From the NCBI GenBank assembly GCA_965153285.1, contig OZ229111.1: a stretch of DNA of 64,000 nucleotides; one strand, given 5' to 3'. The translations under genes were made by a program, and so were the position numbers. A model generated the notes under the pieces. The model had not been told where the DNA came from and did no database searches. It worked only from the letters and a program-made list of their open reading frames with translations. This DNA comes from Podarcis tiliguerta. Taxonomy: Eukaryota. Shown here piece by piece: positions 59,296-64,000 of the stretch. Each line of letters begins with the position of its first letter. The first letter of the stretch is position 1.

Positions 59296-62153
59296 TTATC
59301 TTCTATCTAAGTCGCTCCTTCAGGTGGGGCTTGGTGCACTCTTCCTCTTGCTCCACCTTCAAACTGGTCTTGGGGAAAGGGGAGTTTCTGACCAGAGAAG
59401 CTGTTCAAAGTTGGAGAGAGTTCAAGCATGTGTGCCTGTCTGCTTGCCCAACTCATTTCATGAGCCCTTGCTGATGTTCTGACATAAGCAGCAGACTTAA
59501 CACATGACCCGTTGTCAGAACCAGCTTCATTGAGCAAGCTGAAGAAAACAGAAAGCTGTTTGGCAGTCTTAAGCACCTTGAGGTGCTTAAGCTCATGAGG
59601 TGGCAGGTTACAAATAAGAAAAAAAGTCAACAGGCTGAAGACTGAAGACATTGGGGAAGTAAGGATACATTAGGGATCACCAAAAGAAGATGGGATAACG
59701 GGCAGCATGTTGTGTGTTAATCTGGGTCAGTAAACAATGGTTAGAAAGCAATGCAGGCTGCAGTTCTTCCCAGCATATGGTGCTAACCCTTCATAGTATG
59801 CTGTATGCAAAACCCATCGGGTCACATATGAGGTCCAACTGGCAAATACTTAAGCTCCATCCCTTTTGTCCTGCCCTTGTCTGTGGAACTAATTGCTCCA
59901 ATTCCATAAGAAGAGTCTTTGTTTCTCTCCTCTCTCCCCGACGCCCCCCCCCCCAATGGTGAAGGCTTGCTTAGATGCTCTGTATTGTTTAGCATGGGAT
60001 GAATGGCTATCTGTGTTCTTGGTAAGGAGGGGGGTGGGGAGTGAGCCTCTGTGCTGGCTAAGGACTGGCAAGCCAGTGGATCAGCACTTCTGCTGGTACA
60101 GGCAGAAATAAGTAAGCATCTGGCATAGAAAGCTTGAGAGTTCACAATAAAGGCAGGGAGACTTATCTGTGCTGCGTTTCCAAGGTTTGAGCATCCTTGC
60201 TTACTTATAGAAAGACATGATGATGTACAGCTTCCCCCACCCCCTTTAATTGCCCTGGCACAGATTGAATTCAGAGATTTGCCTTCTGCTTTTCACTTTG
60301 CCCAGAAGTAGCTTTGTGACACTCCTTTCCCATTCAAAGGCATTTCAACAAATGATCCTCTACCAAAGCACCAATGAATTCAAAGTTGCTCATTGGCTGC
60401 CACTGGGTGACAAAAGGCTCTTCATGCCTGTGATTCCATGCATGTTTCTCATGAGTAAAATGAATTGGCCTCTGAACGCCTTCTTAAGCTTTGTCCTGTC
60501 CTATCCAATTCCATGTGAATTCAAGGATTATTTATTTATTTCATAAAATTTATATACCGCTTGACTGTAGAAAACCTCAAAGTTGTTTACAAAGTCAAAG
60601 TGCCTAGAAAGTTGTTCACAGGAGGCCTCTGATGCAACAGTCATCTCTTCCAGGCCGAGCAGCAGATCCAGCAATCCCATTCACCACCTGGAAAAGTTAT
60701 TCTGGAGGTGGCTGCTTGGGGATGTGGTGGTGGTAGTCATGCTAGAGGAGAAGTCCACCACCACGTGGTAGGCATGAAGATGTGCTTGGACTTGTGTTTG
60801 AATGGATTCATCCTGGGATCTTTGCTGCCTGCTCTCTAGCTGGCATCATTGCCTGGAGCTCCTCAGCATTCCCAGGAGACTCTGGGTTCAGCAATCTTTT
60901 GGCTGTAAGCACAATGCCCAAATGACTCATCAGTAGGGAGAGATTCCTCTCTGTCTCTCTTCCTGCCCTCCCTATGCACCAGCCCTCCCCACACTCCTGC
61001 TGCAAAGTGCCTGCCTTCCACCCCCATTTCCCTCACTCTCACCCCCCCTTCCCCAGCAGCTGTATTGTAAAGAAGGAGAGGCTGAAGAGGTTTCACATGT
61101 TTCTTAGGAAAAAAACGAGGGGCAAGAACTCCCACAGGGATTTCTCATTTGAAGAAAGCTGTTGCTCGTCAATCCATACTAAGCCGTTCTGGGTTTCTGT
61201 CATGGGAAAAAACTCCACATTTAATTTAGAACAGTAAAAGGGGGTTAAAACTCCCTTTTGCTTTTTGCAGAGCTTTCAGAGAAAACTAGCTGTATGATAA
61301 AGAGCTTCCGGCCACACTCTTTTAATACACACATTTGTTGCTGGCAACTGCATACCCAGCTGGGGGGCTGTATTTCCCTTTGAGGGAGGTGTGCGGCGAT
61401 TGATGAGCAACTTGAAAAGCTCCCTCTATGCTTTTCTCTCTCATTTTTTAAGCCAGAGATGTTTCAAACAGCCATTTCCTTCACCACAAGTTGGTAAACG
61501 CAGGCAAAGCAGACCAAACTAATTTAATTAAAATCTCCCCTTCAGTGTGGTAACTGAATCCAGAGCAGCCTTGAAATTCTATAGGCAGGATGTGCAGTCG
61601 TTTGCTTTTTCTTGCAATTCTTTCCCCTCCCCCAGAAATGTGTTATGCTGGCCAGTTGGAATCGGTATTCTCCTGCTGATGTCTCTCTCCTTCAAGAGGG
61701 TTGTATATGTGTGATGGAGAGAAGTGGGGAGGGGGAAATAGGTTCTCTGCTTGCATACTCTTCACTTTAATCCTTTTCTCTGAACAAGGTGAACCACTTC
61801 CAAATGCAGAGGCTGCTGCACAACAGAGCATTCTGTCTTGTGTCCCACAAAAATCCCTGCACATGGCAAACTAGCTTGTTAAGGAGAAAGCTAGCCTATA
61901 ATCATTTGCCCCCACTGTGTGTGTGTTGCATGTGTCTCTTCCTGCAGCCTTGAACTGGCTCACTGTCCTGGCTTCATTTTTAGCCTCGGGCTGGGGGTCC
62001 GGGAGTGAAGGCGAGGTTGCGCAACCTCGCCATCGCTCCCGGAGCTTGCGGGGCTGGGGGCGGGGGATGCCCGAGCTTCCCCCCGGGGGAAGGCTTGCGG
62101 ACACCTGTGCAAAGCACGGGGCATCCCCCTCTTGAGGCTGTGAGCAAGCACTA

Positions 62154-62383
62154 CAGTGGTACCTTGGTTTGCAACCACTTTGGATTACAACAATTTTGGA
62201 TTACAACCACATCAAACCTGGAAGTGTGTGTTCCTTTTTTGGATTACAACCCAACTTTTTTGGGATTACAACCCATTTTGGGGAGGAGGCCCCATTAGCG
62301 AAAGTGCACCTTGGGTTACAACCTGTTTTGGTTTACATCCGGACCTCCAGAATGGATTGTGGTTGTAAACCAAGGTACCACTA
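62154..62383. mobile_element. Tigger-like MITE subfamily D, 230 bp
   Basis: TA|cagtggtaccttggtttgcaaccac ... gtggttgtaaaccaaggtaccacta|TA, with internal ggattacaac repeats. Confidence 0.85.
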
Positions 62384-62812
62384 TACTTTGGCTGGCGTAT
62401 GCAGTGTGGCTGTGGACTAGAGATATAGGTCACATTCACACACATACTTGATTAACTTTAATAAATCCTGCTAATATGCTTTAAGCCCAATGTCCTCTCT
62501 TCCAAGAGGAGTTCAAGGTCAGACTAGAAACTAACTCTTTAAAGATGGGAACCTAAACCCTGTTCCTCAGCTTTTCACTGGGACCTCCTCCTCTGTGCCT
62601 TTTTCCAGGGCACTCCACATACTACAGAGTGAAAGGTGGGCTTCTTCTCCAGAAAACAGGGCTGATAAGATCACTGGGAATCCCCAATATGACTTGACTT
62701 GACCCTGAGGTCACATCTACATTCTACATTTAAAGTTCTATTATACTTCTTTAACAGTCATGACTTCCCCCAAAGAATCCTGGGAATTGTAGTCCCTTAA
62801 GGGTGCTTAGAA

Positions 62813-63161
62813 GGGATGTGGGTGGCGCTGTGGGTTAAACCACAGAGCCTAGGACTTGCCGATCAGAAGGTCGGTGGTTCAAATCCCTGCAACGGGGTGA
62901 GCTCACGTTGCTCAGTCCCTGCTCCTGCCAACCTAGCAGTTCAAAAGCACATCAAAGTGCAAGTAGATAAATAGGTACCGCTCCAGCGGGAAGGTAAACG
63001 GCATTTCCGTGCACTGCTCTGGTTCACCAGAAGCGGCTTAGTCATGCTGGCCACATGACCCGGAAGCTGTACACCGGCTCCCTTGGCCAATAAAGCGAGA
63101 TGAGCGCCGCAACCCCAGAGTCAGCTATGACTGGACCTAATGGTCAGGGGTCCCTTTACTT
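62813..63161 (+). mobile_element. Full-length Sauria SINE with perfect 15-bp TSD, nested in an older repeat
   Basis: Same sequence family as 23708-24062. TSD ttaagggtgcttaga at 62797-62811 and 63162-63176. Confidence 0.93.
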
Positions 63162-64000
63162 TTAAGGGTGCTTAGAGTTGTTTGGGTCCCCACCCCCAGC
63201 AATCTGAACTCTGGTTGAGCAGGCGGCATTGTTCATATGTTGCAACTCACTCCCAACATTTTTGACCTAGGAGATATATGCATCCATTTATGTCTGTCAT
63301 AAAAGTTCCAAGTAAAGAGGACGCCTGAGTAAGGGTGTCTCTGTGTGCACTTTTTTTTAAAAAAAGAAGGCAGTGATGAATAAAAAACCTCAAGGTGAAC
63401 TGTGCTGTTTCTTCCCCTTTGCCCAAGTCAAAGCATTTCCTCCCTTCTATTCCACAGTAGAGACATTGGTGGCTAGAGAAAAATTATTATAGACCTTCTG
63501 TTCCTCCCATTCAAAAAAGAAAAAAGAAAAATTATTTTGCTGACATCACATTTTACATTTAAAATGTGTTTAATTTTGAAACAAACAGGGTTTTATGGCA
63601 TAAAGGCTCACTTTTAGTCAAAAGAGTTCTTTTCCCCATGAAAATCCTCACGATGTCCCACGTTATAGCAACCAGACATAAACATAGGTGGACGTTCCTT
63701 CTGCTTCTTGGGTGTCTGGGGTAGAGAGTTGCTTGAAATCAGTCTTGAAATCTGTTTTAAATTTCTGCATTTAGCTCACATGTTTACAACCACTGTGGAA
63801 AGATACCTGCACAGATAGTTTCCCATGAGGATACTGGAGAATCTTGCTGAATTTGAACCGGTGCCATGTGTTTTTTTTGGGGGGGGGGGTGTAAGTAATA
63901 CAGCATATTTAAGGTCTGCACTGACATTCTGGAACTACTTCTGCAGAAATCTCTATCCTTCTGTTCTTTGCAGCTGGGTTTTAACAAGCAGTGGTTAAGT

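Larger units (their letters stand above)
3933..64000 (+). other. SEPTIN9: SEPT9 intron downstream of the N-terminal-extension exon (continues past the window)
   Basis: GT donor at 3933. No GTPase-domain exon (YVGIDSILEQMRRK) appears in any listed ORF. The sequence is repeat-rich and non-coding. Confidence 0.8.

Noticed and set aside
63945-64000. Acceptor near the window end as the start of the next SEPT9 exon
   Set aside because: The phase-1 frame gives GCT GGG TTT TAA, an immediate stop, with no septin similarity.

Overview
This is vertebrate genomic DNA from a squamate reptile, probably a lacertid lizard, judged from Sauria SINE, BovB, CR1 and squamate MITE content. The only recognisable host coding sequence is the large N-terminal-extension exon of SEPTIN9 (SEPT9) at 3279-3932 (+), 654 nt, phase 1-1. 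The remaining ~60 kb is the next intron. The exon that starts the GTPase domain (FGYVGIDSIL...) was not seen. The intron is rich in transposon relics: eight TA-flanked Tigger/pogo-like MITEs in four subfamilies, several 8-bp-TSD hAT-type MITEs, an 80-bp mariner-type hairpin, BovB, CR1, L1 and L2 fragments, Sauria SINEs, tRNA-headed SINEs and microsatellites. There is one 140-N assembly gap. Nearly all ORFs in the supplied track are spurious. The best leads are: (1) a candidate 18-nt frame-preserving SEPT9 microexon at 53651-53668 (EFPKYQ); (2) a stop-free circular reading frame in the big exon; (3) an extra RRME motif produced by an internal duplication; (4) a candidate internal promoter region at ~43.9-45.5 kb; (5) a MADE1-like pre-miRNA-shaped hairpin; (6) SINEs with different tRNA heads on a similar body. 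I cannot support a wholly new multi-gene system from this sequence. All family assignments are by recognition, with no database search.
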